DNA of 64,000 nucleotides from Giardia intestinalis (Eukaryota): NCBI GenBank assembly GCA_000002435.2, contig CM018790.1; one strand, 5' to 3'. Shown piece by piece: positions 40,171 to 49,503 of this stretch (position 1 is its first letter; each line of letters starts with the position of its first letter). The notes under the pieces were generated by a model. It saw only the letters and a program-made list of their open reading frames with translations, ran no database searches and was not told where the DNA came from. The position numbers and the translations under genes were made by a program.

Positions 40171-40892
40171 GTAGTTCCACCATTGCACTCAGTATAGGCT
40201 TCGTTCTCTTTGCCTTCGTTATTGCACGTCTTACAGCCCGGTGTTATGCAGTTGCTAGTCGATTGGCATTCAGTTGAATCAGCGCTAGGCTGGAAGCCTT
40301 CACTGTATGTGCAAGCACCACCCTGATTGGACGAGTTGGCAGGGCAACTAGCAACGCACGACTTTTTGTTGAGGCCAAAGATGGTCTTATCAGAATCGGG
40401 GCACTCTTTGCATACTGCTCCGTCGCCGTTCTTTTCACAAGTCTTACAATCTTTTGCCCCGCCCGATGTGCAGGTAGTGCAGGTTTTCGCTGCTTCATCT
40501 ATGTAGTGTGTTGCTGGGCAATCGCCCTGATTAACGCACGTGCCTGTCTCACTGCCATCCTCCTTCTTCAGGTAGAGCGTGGCTCCAGTACACGAGGTGC
40601 ACTGCGTCTCTGTATTCTCGCATGTCTTACAGCTGGAAGCACATTTGCTGCATTTCTTTCCATTACGTGAGTCCACAAAATACCCATTATTGTAATCGGC
40701 CTCCTCGACACACGACGTTACGCCGTCGACTGTCTTGACAATCTTGCCGCCTCCACATGCATTGCACATCGCTGCCTTAGTGTTACTAGGATTAGCTGGC
40801 GTATTTGCTATCTGAATGAGTATTGTGTCGTGGTTTCCCGCAGCGGAGAAACCGCCACAGAAGAAGCCGGTGGGATCACCGGTGATAAACAT
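39304..40892 (-). pseudogene. Variant-specific surface protein (VSP) gene, disrupted. The 5' two-fifths (40892-40171, CxxC-rich, related to but distinct from the right VSP) are joined out of frame to the duplicated VSP 3' end (40188-39304) that encodes the TM domain and CRGKA tail.
   Basis: The upstream frame (40892..40014) and the VSP 3' frame (40188..39304) overlap in different frames. The 3' frame has a TGA at 40189-40191 just upstream of the duplication junction (40170). The 3' part is identical to the right VSP C-terminus except for one residue (GVTGCMSC vs GVAGCMSC). The N-terminus MFITGDPTGFF is not signal-peptide-like. Confidence 0.65.
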
Positions 40893-41210
40893 AGCAAAGG
40901 TAAGGTTGTACGAGGGTCAGTCCTCTGAATACATTTGTGCAGAGAACCACCGAGGGAATCAGAACAGATACAAGTGGGCTAGAGGCTTTGTTATTGAAAC
41001 AGGAACCTGCTACGTCAACGATGAAAGCCCGTTCTTGGCTTCAGAGGCAGAGTCATGACAGTAGCTAGCCACTGAATGATGACGCATCCATTAGAGCTTA
41101 TTGTTCTCAACGTCTGGATCTACAATCAGATTAGTGGCAGTCCATAGTTTTACTATTGCAATTCTTCGAAGAGCAGACGCGAGTCGATAACCGAGTGTAG
41201 GTTTCGGCTA
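40893..41210. promoter_or_regulatory. Divergent promoter spacer between the two head-to-head VSP genes.
   Basis: 318 bp between the minus-strand ORF start (40892) and the plus-strand VSP ATG (41211, ggctaATGttgc). Confidence 0.4.
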
Positions 41211-44200
41211 ATGTTGCTAGGGCTTCTCCTATTTTGTGCAGTAGCACGGGCAAACTGCAAGGCCGGGAACACGCCCTCACAAGACGGGACGACGTGCGAG
41301 CCGAATGCAAACGGATGTGCCAAAGCCTTGACCGACGCCGGCTGTGCGACCTGCACCCCGGCGGGTGACGACCAGACGTGCCTCACCTGCAACCCCGGTT
41401 CAAACAAGGTCAGGCCGGACAGGAAGGGCTGCATCGCTTCGTGTCCCGCCAACTCGAACGAGGCAGGAGGAATCTGCACGTGCACGGCCGGGAACACGCC
41501 CTCACAAGACGGGACGACGTGCGAGCCGAATGCAAACGGATGTGCCAAAGCCTTGACCGACGCCGGCTGTGCGACCTGCACCCCGGCGGGTGACGACCAG
41601 ACGTGCCTCACCTGCAACCCCGGTTCAAACAAGGTCAGGCCGGACAGGAAGGGCTGCATCGCTTCGTGTCCCGCCAACTCGAACGAGGCAGGAGGAATCT
41701 GCACGTGCACGGCCGGGAACACGCCCTCACAAGACGGGACGACGTGCGAGCCGAATGCAAACGGATGTGCCAAAGCCTTGACCGACGCCGGCTGTGCGAC
41801 CTGCACCCCGGCGGGTGACGACCAGACGTGCCTCACCTGCAACCCCGGTTCAAACAAGGTCAGGCCGGACAGGAAGGGCTGCATCGCTTCGTGTCCCGCC
41901 AACTCGAACGAGGCAGGAGGAATCTGCACGTGCACGGCCGGGAACACGCCCTCACAAGACGGGACGACGTGCGAGCCGAATGCAAACGGATGTGCCAAAG
42001 CCTTGACCGACGCCGGCTGTGCGACCTGCACCCCGGCGGGTGACGACCAGACGTGCCTCACCTGCAACCCCGGTTCAAACAAGGTCAGGCCGGACAGGAA
42101 GGGCTGCATCGCTTCGTGTCCCGCCAACTCGAACGAGGCAGGAGGAATCTGCACGTGCACGGCCGGGAACACGCCCTCACAAGACGGGACGACGTGCGAG
42201 CCGAATGCAAACGGATGTGCCAAAGCCTTGACCGACGCCGGCTGTGCGACCTGCACCCCGGCGGGTGACGACCAGACGTGCCTCACCTGCAACCCCGGTT
42301 CAAACAAGGTCAGGCCGGACAGGAAGGGCTGCATCGCTTCGTGTCCCGCCAACTCGAACGAGGCAGGAGGAATCTGCACGTGCACGGCCGGGAACACGCC
42401 CTCACAAGACGGGACGACGTGCGAGCCGAATGCAAACGGATGTGCCAAAGCCTTGACCGACGCCGGCTGTGCGACCTGCACCCCGGCGGGTGACGACCAG
42501 ACGTGCCTCACCTGCAACCCCGGTTCAAACAAGGTCAGGCCGGACAGGAAGGGCTGCATCGCTTCGTGTCCCGCCAACTCGAACGAGGCAGGAGGAATCT
42601 GCACGTGCACGGCCGGGAACACGCCCTCACAAGACGGGACGACGTGCGAGCCGAATGCAAACGGATGTGCCAAAGCCTTGACCGACGCCGGCTGTGCGAC
42701 CTGCACCCCGGCGGGTGACGACCAGACGTGCCTCACCTGCAACCCCGGTTCAAACAAGGTCAGGCCGGACAGGAAGGGCTGCATCGCTTCGTGTCCCGCC
42801 AACTCGAACGAGGCAGGAGGAATCTGCACGTGCACGGCCGGGAACACGCCCTCACAAGACGGGACGACGTGCGAGCCGAATGCAAACGGATGTGCCAAAG
42901 CCTTGACCGACGCCGGCTGTGCGACCTGCACCCCGGCGGGTGACGACCAGACGTGCCTCACCTGCAACCCCGGTTCAAACAAGGTCAGGCCGGACAGGAA
43001 GGGCTGCATCGCTTCGTGTCCCGCCAACTCGAACGAGGCAGGAGGAATCTGCACGTGCACGGCCGGGAACACGCCCTCACAAGACGGGACGACGTGCGAG
43101 CCGAATGCAAACGGATGTGCCAAAGCCTTGACCGACGCCGGCTGTGCGACCTGCACCCCGGCGGGTGACGACCAGACGTGCCTCACCTGCAACCCCGGTT
43201 CAAACAAGGTCAGGCCGGACAGGAAGGGCTGCATCGCTTCGTGTCCCGCCAACTCGAACGAGGCAGGAGGAATCTGCACGTGCACGGCCGGGAACACGCC
43301 CTCACAAGACGGGACGACGTGCGAGCCGAATGCAAACGGATGTGCCAAAGCCTTGACCGACGCCGGCTGTGCGACCTGCACCCCGGCGGGTGACGACCAG
43401 ACGTGCCTCACCTGCAACCCCGGTTCAAACAAGGTCAGGCCGGACAGGAAGGGCTGCATCGCTTCGTGTCCCGCCAACTCGAACGAGGCAGGAGGAATCT
43501 GCACGTGCACGGCCGGGAACACGCCCTCACAAGACGGGACGACGTGCGTATCAGAGACGGCCTGCAATACTCCCAACTGCAAGGCATGTGATAACCCGAA
43601 GACTGACAGAGAGGTCTGTACTGAATGTAATGATAAAAGTTATCTCACTCCAACAAATCAGTGCGTATCCGACTGCACGGCCATCAGCGGATACTATGGA
43701 GATACTGACAGGAAGTGTAAGGCATGCAGCCCTGAGTGCGCTGAGTGCGTTGGGCCAGCCAACAATCAGTGTAGTGCTTGTCCTGCTGGCAAGGCATTAA
43801 TATACAAAAGTAGTGATCCTATGCAAGGGGGCACCTGCGGGGATGCGTGTACGGCGGACAAGAACGGATGTAAGGTCTGTGGGGCAAGGATCGGCGGGAC
43901 AGACTACTGCTCCCAGTGCTCAGTGGATAATCAGGCTCCTCTGAACGGGGTCTGTACAACAAGTAACGCACGAGTAGCTTTCTGTACTGAAATGAATAAT
44001 GGAGCATGTACCAAATGCGCCGCTAACTACTTCCTCAAGGAAGGCGGCTGCTATGAAACTACCAAGCAGCCAGGCAAACAGATATGCACATTAGCTGATA
44101 GCAAGGGTGAGTGCGAAACATGTGCCAATGGTCTTCAGCCCAATAATGGAGCATGCCCCTCGTGTCATTCGACCTGCAAGACATGCTCGACTGCAGATAG

Positions 44201-44510
44201 CTCTGATAAGTGTACGTCATGCGCAGCTGGGTACTATATGGTCGGATCAGCAGCTGGACCATGCACTTCGTGTGACAGCAACAGTGGAAGTGTCAAGGGA
44301 GTTGCTGGCTGCATGAGCTGCGCTCCTCCATCTAATAATCAAGGCTCCGTCCTCTGCTACCTCATGAACGGTGACAGTGCCGGCGGAAGCACGAACAAGA
44401 GTGGCCTTTCTACCGGCGCCATTGCAGGCATCGCCGTGGCCGCTGTCATCATCGTCGGGGGCCTCGTCGGCTTCCTCTGCTGGTGGTTCCTCTGCCGCGG
44501 AAAGGCATAG
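41211..44510 (+). CDS. Variant-specific surface protein (VSP), 1099 aa: signal peptide, 10 x 75-aa identical Cys-rich repeats, unique CxxC-rich region, TM helix and invariant CRGKA C-terminus.
   Basis: N-terminus MLLGLLLFCAVARA. Each repeat has ~10 Cys, arranged in CxxC/CxC motifs. The C-terminus GAIAGIAVAAVIIVGGLVGFLCWWFLCRGKA-stop is the canonical Giardia VSP tail, and AGTAAAC lies 20 nt after the stop. Confidence 0.93.
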   Translation: MLLGLLLFCAVARANCKAGNTPSQDGTTCEPNANGCAKALTDAGCATCTPAGDDQTCLTCNPGSNKVRPDRKGCIASCPANSNEAGGICTCTAGNTPSQDGTTCEPNANGCAKALTDAGCATCTPAGDDQTCLTCNPGSNKVRPDRKGCIASCPANSNEAGGICTCTAGNTPSQDGTTCEPNANGCAKALTDAGCATCTPAGDDQTCLTCNPGSNKVRPDRKGCIASCPANSNEAGGICTCTAGNTPSQDGTTCEPNANGCAKALTDAGCATCTPAGDDQTCLTCNPGSNKVRPDRKGCIASCPANSNEAGGICTCTAGNTPSQDGTTCEPNANGCAKALTDAGCATCTPAGDDQTCLTCNPGSNKVRPDRKGCIASCPANSNEAGGICTCTAGNTPSQDGTTCEPNANGCAKALTDAGCATCTPAGDDQTCLTCNPGSNKVRPDRKGCIASCPANSNEAGGICTCTAGNTPSQDGTTCEPNANGCAKALTDAGCATCTPAGDDQTCLTCNPGSNKVRPDRKGCIASCPANSNEAGGICTCTAGNTPSQDGTTCEPNANGCAKALTDAGCATCTPAGDDQTCLTCNPGSNKVRPDRKGCIASCPANSNEAGGICTCTAGNTPSQDGTTCEPNANGCAKALTDAGCATCTPAGDDQTCLTCNPGSNKVRPDRKGCIASCPANSNEAGGICTCTAGNTPSQDGTTCEPNANGCAKALTDAGCATCTPAGDDQTCLTCNPGSNKVRPDRKGCIASCPANSNEAGGICTCTAGNTPSQDGTTCVSETACNTPNCKACDNPKTDREVCTECNDKSYLTPTNQCVSDCTAISGYYGDTDRKCKACSPECAECVGPANNQCSACPAGKALIYKSSDPMQGGTCGDACTADKNGCKVCGARIGGTDYCSQCSVDNQAPLNGVCTTSNARVAFCTEMNNGACTKCAANYFLKEGGCYETTKQPGKQICTLADSKGECETCANGLQPNNGACPSCHSTCKTCSTADSSDKCTSCAAGYYMVGSAAGPCTSCDSNSGSVKGVAGCMSCAPPSNNQGSVLCYLMNGDSAGGSTNKSGLSTGAIAGIAVAAVIIVGGLVGFLCWWFLCRGKA
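41261..43548 (+). repeat. Tandem array of 10.17 copies of a 225-bp unit inside the VSP coding region (copies start at 41261+225k; the last partial copy diverges at 43549).
   Basis: Period measured directly (41261, 41486, ... 43511). Shadow ORFs in the other frames recur at exact 225-bp spacing with identical translations, so the copies are nucleotide-identical. Confidence 0.95.
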
Positions 44511-47500
44511 ATTTAGATATGACTTAGGTAGTAAACGCATCTACTATGTGTAGCCTGTGATACTCAAACCACTACGGACCCCTGCACAACGCGCAGGGAA
44601 ACAGAAAATCCAAAAACAAGCGGTGATGCCGCCCCATGTGCCTGCTGCCTCGCGGCCAATCAGAGAACGAATCGGGTGCCTTTGCTGCGCCTAAGCCCCA
44701 CTGCCGGCTCCTTTCCTGGTGTCTCTACATCCCTGGAGAGCCAGCATCCACGCCTTCCCTGTACGAGTCGGGTCTCTGCGGACCCCTGTGCATCGGCACT
44801 CTCCTCTCAGCCTCTGTAGTACTCTCATCCCTTTGGATTATGTCTGCGACTTCCGGCTGTCGTGGGGGAATCGCACTCAAGGACAGTCCCTTGCGAGATC
44901 CCGAAAGAAGGTTACAGTGGTCGCTAGGGTCCATGAAAGGTGTGAATCAGCATAGAGTAGCTCGTGAGACGCTCTGATCTATTGGGAATGCATGGCGCTA
45001 TTTCTGATCTTTTGTAATGAATACTTTAAGACACTCCATCACCTGACAAGGTGCCAGGTGGGCTCAGAAGGCAGCCAGCCCTCCCAGATCTGGACAAGAT
45101 GGAAGCACTACCCAAAGCGTGCTGTCTCCTGAGCCAGTGAACTAGGACTCCTGTCACCCCAGATCATCATAGTGCTACCGCTGTCCACTATGGAAGTACT
45201 TGGACCCACAGTGCCTGAGGTTGTTGGTGCAGGCGGCAAAGGGCTCTTCATAGTGGGCTACCATCAGTGGAAGGAACGGGAGCCTGGGTGTCTTGTCCTT
45301 CTGCCAGTGATCGGCACCCGTTGCTGTGGGTACTGGGGTGGCGGAAGTTCCCACCTGCTGACAAGGAGCCGGGCGATGTTCGCTTGTCATTGTCAACCCG
45401 GGCTGTGGCTGGCCCTGGGCAGATAGACAATGAGCACAGGGATCCCGTCCCCCGTCGTAAACCACGCCACACAGAAAGGGTGTGGTAGCTCGATGGATCT
45501 CCCCACACTGCACAACCAAAGAAGAACGGCCCTTTGGTGCGTAGCTCTGGGAGCCTGCAGAGCCTGACTGAGGGGATCACGTCTTGACGTTGATTTCTGA
45601 TACGGTTCGGTAGAGGCCAGATTGATGCTCGCAAGCTTGTGAGAAGCACCAGGGCCGGCACATGCACCTGGACAGCAATGCAAGCACACATCTCGGATGC
45701 AACTCCGCTGAGGATCTTGCGAGGGGTCGGCTTGGGTCAGTGGTGGAAGGACTTTGCGCAAGCGCTCCATGCATCAGGGGCCCCTCGAGACCACGAAAGC
45801 TCGGCGGCGCTGGCGCACATGTGACCGCGTGACAGCTTACAGGTGGAAAGGCTGGGCGCGCATAACAATACGCCCATGAGAGCTATGCACAGCGCAGTGG
45901 CCCGGCTGGCTCCTCTCGTAATACGGAGCATCGGTTGCGGGCATGTGCTCTTGAAGAGTAGGGGGCACCCAGATGAGTAGTGCAGACGTGAGTGAATTGA
46001 CGGCGCTCAGAGTAAGCATCGGGTGGACAAGTAGGAGACAAGAGCTTATGGCACCACCTGGTCGATGAACGACTCAAGATATGTGACGTATAGCAATCCT
46101 TCGACAGGAGGTGATGATTGGCCGACAGATGCCAGAACAGATGTGCAGATTGGAGCCCTGGTGGTGGTCTGCCACAAGAGGACGCAGGCAGTATCCGTTT
46201 GGATAGTAGATACGCTGACTGCCACCGGTTTGCACAGCACACCTCTACAATCGATCCCAGCCTGTATAAGGAAAGAAAGCGAATGTTCTCGGTTTCAGAC
46301 AGAGCAGACCCCGATAAATACTATGCTGCTACAAACACATAAAATCAAAAGACAGCGTCCGTCTCATCTGCAGACCCCACAGCCCTTCCATGCTCAGAAG
46401 CCGGGGAGGCACTACAGGCGTCCTTTGTGCAACCCGGGCCGATGGCTGGACTCGCTAGTGCTAGTCCTATCTCCCTGGCCCGCCGGTCACCCCTGCCTTC
46501 TCTCCGGGAACTGCCGCGTACGGATAGCCTCCTCGGCTGAGGCGTATCACCAGGGACCAGCACTAAGGCAAGCGCGGCCGGAGACAGACACCTCGCAGTT
46601 GTCCAACGCTAGCAGCGAGTATGCAAATGAGTGTGCATCTTTGACGAGTGTGCTGTGATCTAGATGCCCGGAAGGCTGGGCTCATAGCAGCTGGTGCGCA
46701 GGCCCCATCGCTAGCCTCACACGCAAGTTGCTGGTCTATCTTGGAGGGCGGCGGGCGTCCCTGCTGCAATCAGCACTTGCTTTGCCAGTAGCGATGGCCC
46801 AGGTCATGGTATCTGGTCCACGCTGAATGTCACGCAAGGATGCGCCTACTGCTCGAGAGGACCAGCACGGCATCTGCCGGTCTACGGGCGCACGTGCTCT
46901 CCCATTGTGGCAAGCACAGGGAAGGAGTGGTCGCCAGTGGGGCAGCTAGACGTGCTGGCCGGCGCCGCCATGCACAGGTGAAGCAGCTGCCCCTCCATGA
47001 ATACGCTACCCTGCCCACATAGCTGCGTCCCTTGAGCTGCTCGTGGCCATGGGTACCTATGACACGGCAGATGCCGAAGGGCGTCGTAAGGGACCCCCAT
47101 GCCCCTTATCGAGCAAGCTGGCGCGACATAGCCGGCCCTGTGCGGGGGGGCGCTGTTCTAGGAGACGGTGGCCGCCACGGACACGTCCGTTCTAGTAGTA
47201 AACGGCGGACCTCCGTGACGGCGTCCGTTATCATGGCTTCCATCTGCATGTCGAGTCTAGCTGCTGACTGGCCCGGACAGGCGGCAGGCGAGACCCTGGG
47301 CCGCTCGCACGTAACCCAGCGGCTGTCTGCTCAGTCGAAGGGATGCAGCCTTAAATATGCGTCCACAGGGCAGCATCCGCCGCCGATGGGAACGACTCAA
47401 CCGCTCTTCTAGCTTTAGCTAAACAGTCCTGTCCTCGAAGTGCACCGGGAGGCCCTTGTCCAGCACACATCATACGATATTCGGAGGTCATGAAGTGCGT

Positions 47501-47711
47501 ATTCGGTGCGTCTATCAGACGTCAATACGGCTGGATTAGCCGTCCTATTGCCAGGTTGTGCCGCCTCGAGTTAGCAGAGAGCTATGCTCCACCCTCTGCA
47601 GGCTGCTCTCTCAGTCGCGGCTCAGCCCTTGCCCCGGAATTCCGATACCATTCAGGCTCTGCCTCGTCCGCCCGCTGCACTGTAGTGTAGGAGCGCAGGC
47701 CTCGGTCCACA
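43644..47711. repeat. Right arm of the ~4.07-kb inverted duplication (partner 36103-40170).
   Basis: See left arm. Coordinate x pairs with 83814 - x. Confidence 0.9.
44530..44536 (+). terminator. Giardia polyadenylation signal AGTAAAC 20 nt downstream of the VSP stop codon.
   Basis: tag atttagatatgacttaggt AGTAAAC gcat. The consensus AGTRAAY close to the stop is typical of Giardia mRNAs (established knowledge). Confidence 0.6.
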
Positions 47712-47937
47712 CTTCAGTGTTACCCATTCCCATAGTGCAATCCGTCACATTAGAAGATCAAGGATGTTTTAGCTTAGTCTTTGCAACCATCTATGAAGAG
47801 TGCTTCGCAAAGGAAAGAACATGGCAAAACTTTATTGGGACTTTGTCCAGCACTCTTCTAAGCCTAGAATCCGCATTGCCAACGACTAGGGAAGTATCGA
47901 ATGTTCTAGGAAACCGCTTGGAAGCACAGCCCACGAT

Positions 47938-48862
47938 ATGTTGCCCTGCAAGAGCCTTTCCCTTTAACTCGGCGCATTCAGCCATGCACTCCCACCTCTA
48001 TAGAATTCCGAGACGTCTGCTTTTCCTACAAGACGGGCTGCGATATTCTACATGGCTTGACCCTGTTTGTTCATCCCGGTCAGAAGGTTGCTATCGTGGG
48101 AGGTCGGGGATTGGCAAGTCCACGATCATCAACCTCTTGACGCGGCTATACACCACACCCCAGCATCAGGACACTTCGTCGCCCGGAATCTATCTCAATG
48201 GCAGGGCTATAGGGTCCATCCCACGCGAGGAGCTACGGAGGCTTATAACAGTCGTCCCGCAGGATAACATACTCATCAGGGGCTCTGCCACGGACAACAT
48301 CGCCTATGGACAGCCTCGCAAGCTCCCGGGCTCCCACGCAGAAGAGGAGCAGAGGCGCTACATCCGAGAAGTCATTCGGCTATGCTACGAGGCTTCCCGT
48401 GTTGTTGCGGCTGAAGAGCTCCTGGGAGACGCACCATACAGTGGAACCCTGCAGGGCCTTTCTGGGGGACAACGCCAACGGGTAGGAATTGCCAGAGCTG
48501 TCGCACGTGGAGGCAGCGTTCTTGTGCTCGACGAGGCGACGTCGGCACTCGACGAAGAGACAGAGAAGCGGGTCCTCCAACAGCTATTCCGCTCACTGGA
48601 CCCCAACCAGAGCGTCGTCATTATCAGTCACAGACTCTCCACTCTCCGGTATGTCGACCTGATTTATGTCCTAGATAATCCAGATGGCAGTGGAGCGCGC
48701 GTGGTAGAGTCAGGCTCGTACGACTGGTTCGTTGCCGAAAGCCAATATCTGAAGGATGCAGGCCAGGATATCTCTGACCTTGTGAGTAACTGTGGCTGTA
48801 GCAGCGCAGGTGTTACCCCAGGCTTCTCCCATGCAACTCTTGATGCAAAGGGGGATCCGTAG
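47938..48862 (+). pseudogene. ABC-transporter ATP-binding (NBD) domain remnant: Walker A, ABC signature, Walker B and H-loop are present, but there is a 1-nt frameshift inside Walker A and no transmembrane domain upstream. The upstream frame is full of stops and enters the inverted repeat at 47711.
   Basis: Frame A (codon starts congruent 0 mod 3) reads SIEFRDVCFSYKTGCDILHGLTLFVHPGQKVAIVG. The reading then shifts to frame B: GRSGIGKSTIINLL ... LSGGQRQRVGIARAVARGGSVLVLDEATSALDEETEK ... VVIISHRLSTL. The canonical atcgtgggNaggtcg is one nucleotide short (atcgtgggaggtcg). Frame A has stops at 47733, 47751, 47775, 47859, 47865 and 47887. Confidence 0.6.
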
Positions 48863-48903
48863 AAGCAAAGCACGCCTGGTGGCGAAGACGAGTAAAAATA
48901 AAA

Positions 48904-49500
48904 ATGCCAGCAAATGAACACTGCGCAGATCTGATTTCTCGCCTGTTATATTTGCGCTCCCTACAAGCCCTGTACATAAACAGACGCGTCGAAAAAACGG
49001 TCTACATGAAACAGATAAATGACCTTTTTGGTATTCCAGGATCCCAAGAGGGGCCCATTCAAATCCTACTCAAAAGCCTAAAAATTGGAACACTTAGTGA
49101 ACTTCGCAGGTTGCTGAAGAACTACGAGATAGATTGCACTGAAATATCGTCTATTGAATACATTCTGCTTGAGCGCAAAGTCGTCAGTGGGGAGTATTGC
49201 CAGAAGGTAGATAAAAATACCAGGGAGCTGCTCGAATGCTTGTATGAAACAATAAACCTCCTAACGCCCAATTCGCCCCTAAGTTATGATCAACTTCTAA
49301 CGTATGGCAATAATCTGGTGTCCAAAGCAAAAAAACTCACAGATGGCGTCAACTCAACGTGGCCAGTACTCAAGGAACTCGAAGGCTTAGTAGAACAGAT
49401 AGAGCATGAAGCTAATTTGAAAACAAACATCTGTCCAGCAGATTTAAAAAGTGCATTTGCAGAACGTTTAAAAAGCATATATGATAAAATATTCTGCTGA
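48904..49500 (+). CDS. Hypothetical protein, 198 aa, ending at a TGA that is followed 3 nt later by an in-frame ATG (see next feature).
   Basis: The ORF starts 41 bp after the ABC remnant, preceded by cgagtaaaaataaaa. Its frame (codon starts congruent 1 mod 3) is the same as that of the downstream ORF. Confidence 0.45.
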   Translation: MPANEHCADLISRLLYLRSLQALYINRRVEKTVYMKQINDLFGIPGSQEGPIQILLKSLKIGTLSELRRLLKNYEIDCTEISSIEYILLERKVVSGEYCQKVDKNTRELLECLYETINLLTPNSPLSYDQLLTYGNNLVSKAKKLTDGVNSTWPVLKELEGLVEQIEHEANLKTNICPADLKSAFAERLKSIYDKIFC

Positions 49501-49503
49501 CAA

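Noticed and set aside
40816-41058. 80-aa plus-strand ORF in the VSP divergent promoter spacer.
   Set aside because: It overlaps the start of the left VSP on the opposite strand and has no coding features. It is more likely promoter or UTR sequence.
41153-43582. 809-aa minus-strand ORF antisense to the VSP, plus many 70-aa plus-strand ORFs at 225-bp spacing.
   Set aside because: These are shadow ORFs created because the GC-rich 225-bp repeat lacks stop codons in several frames. Their translations are exactly periodic and have no protein-like features.
47558-47990. N-terminal 145 aa of the 434-aa track ORF (MPPRVSRELCSTLCRLL...), which begins inside the inverted repeat.
   Set aside because: Its first 51 aa are mirrored in the left arm as a 108-aa junk ORF (35930-36256). 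The stretch is only the accidental open frame B running into the ABC NBD, while the true ABC frame A is closed by stops upstream.
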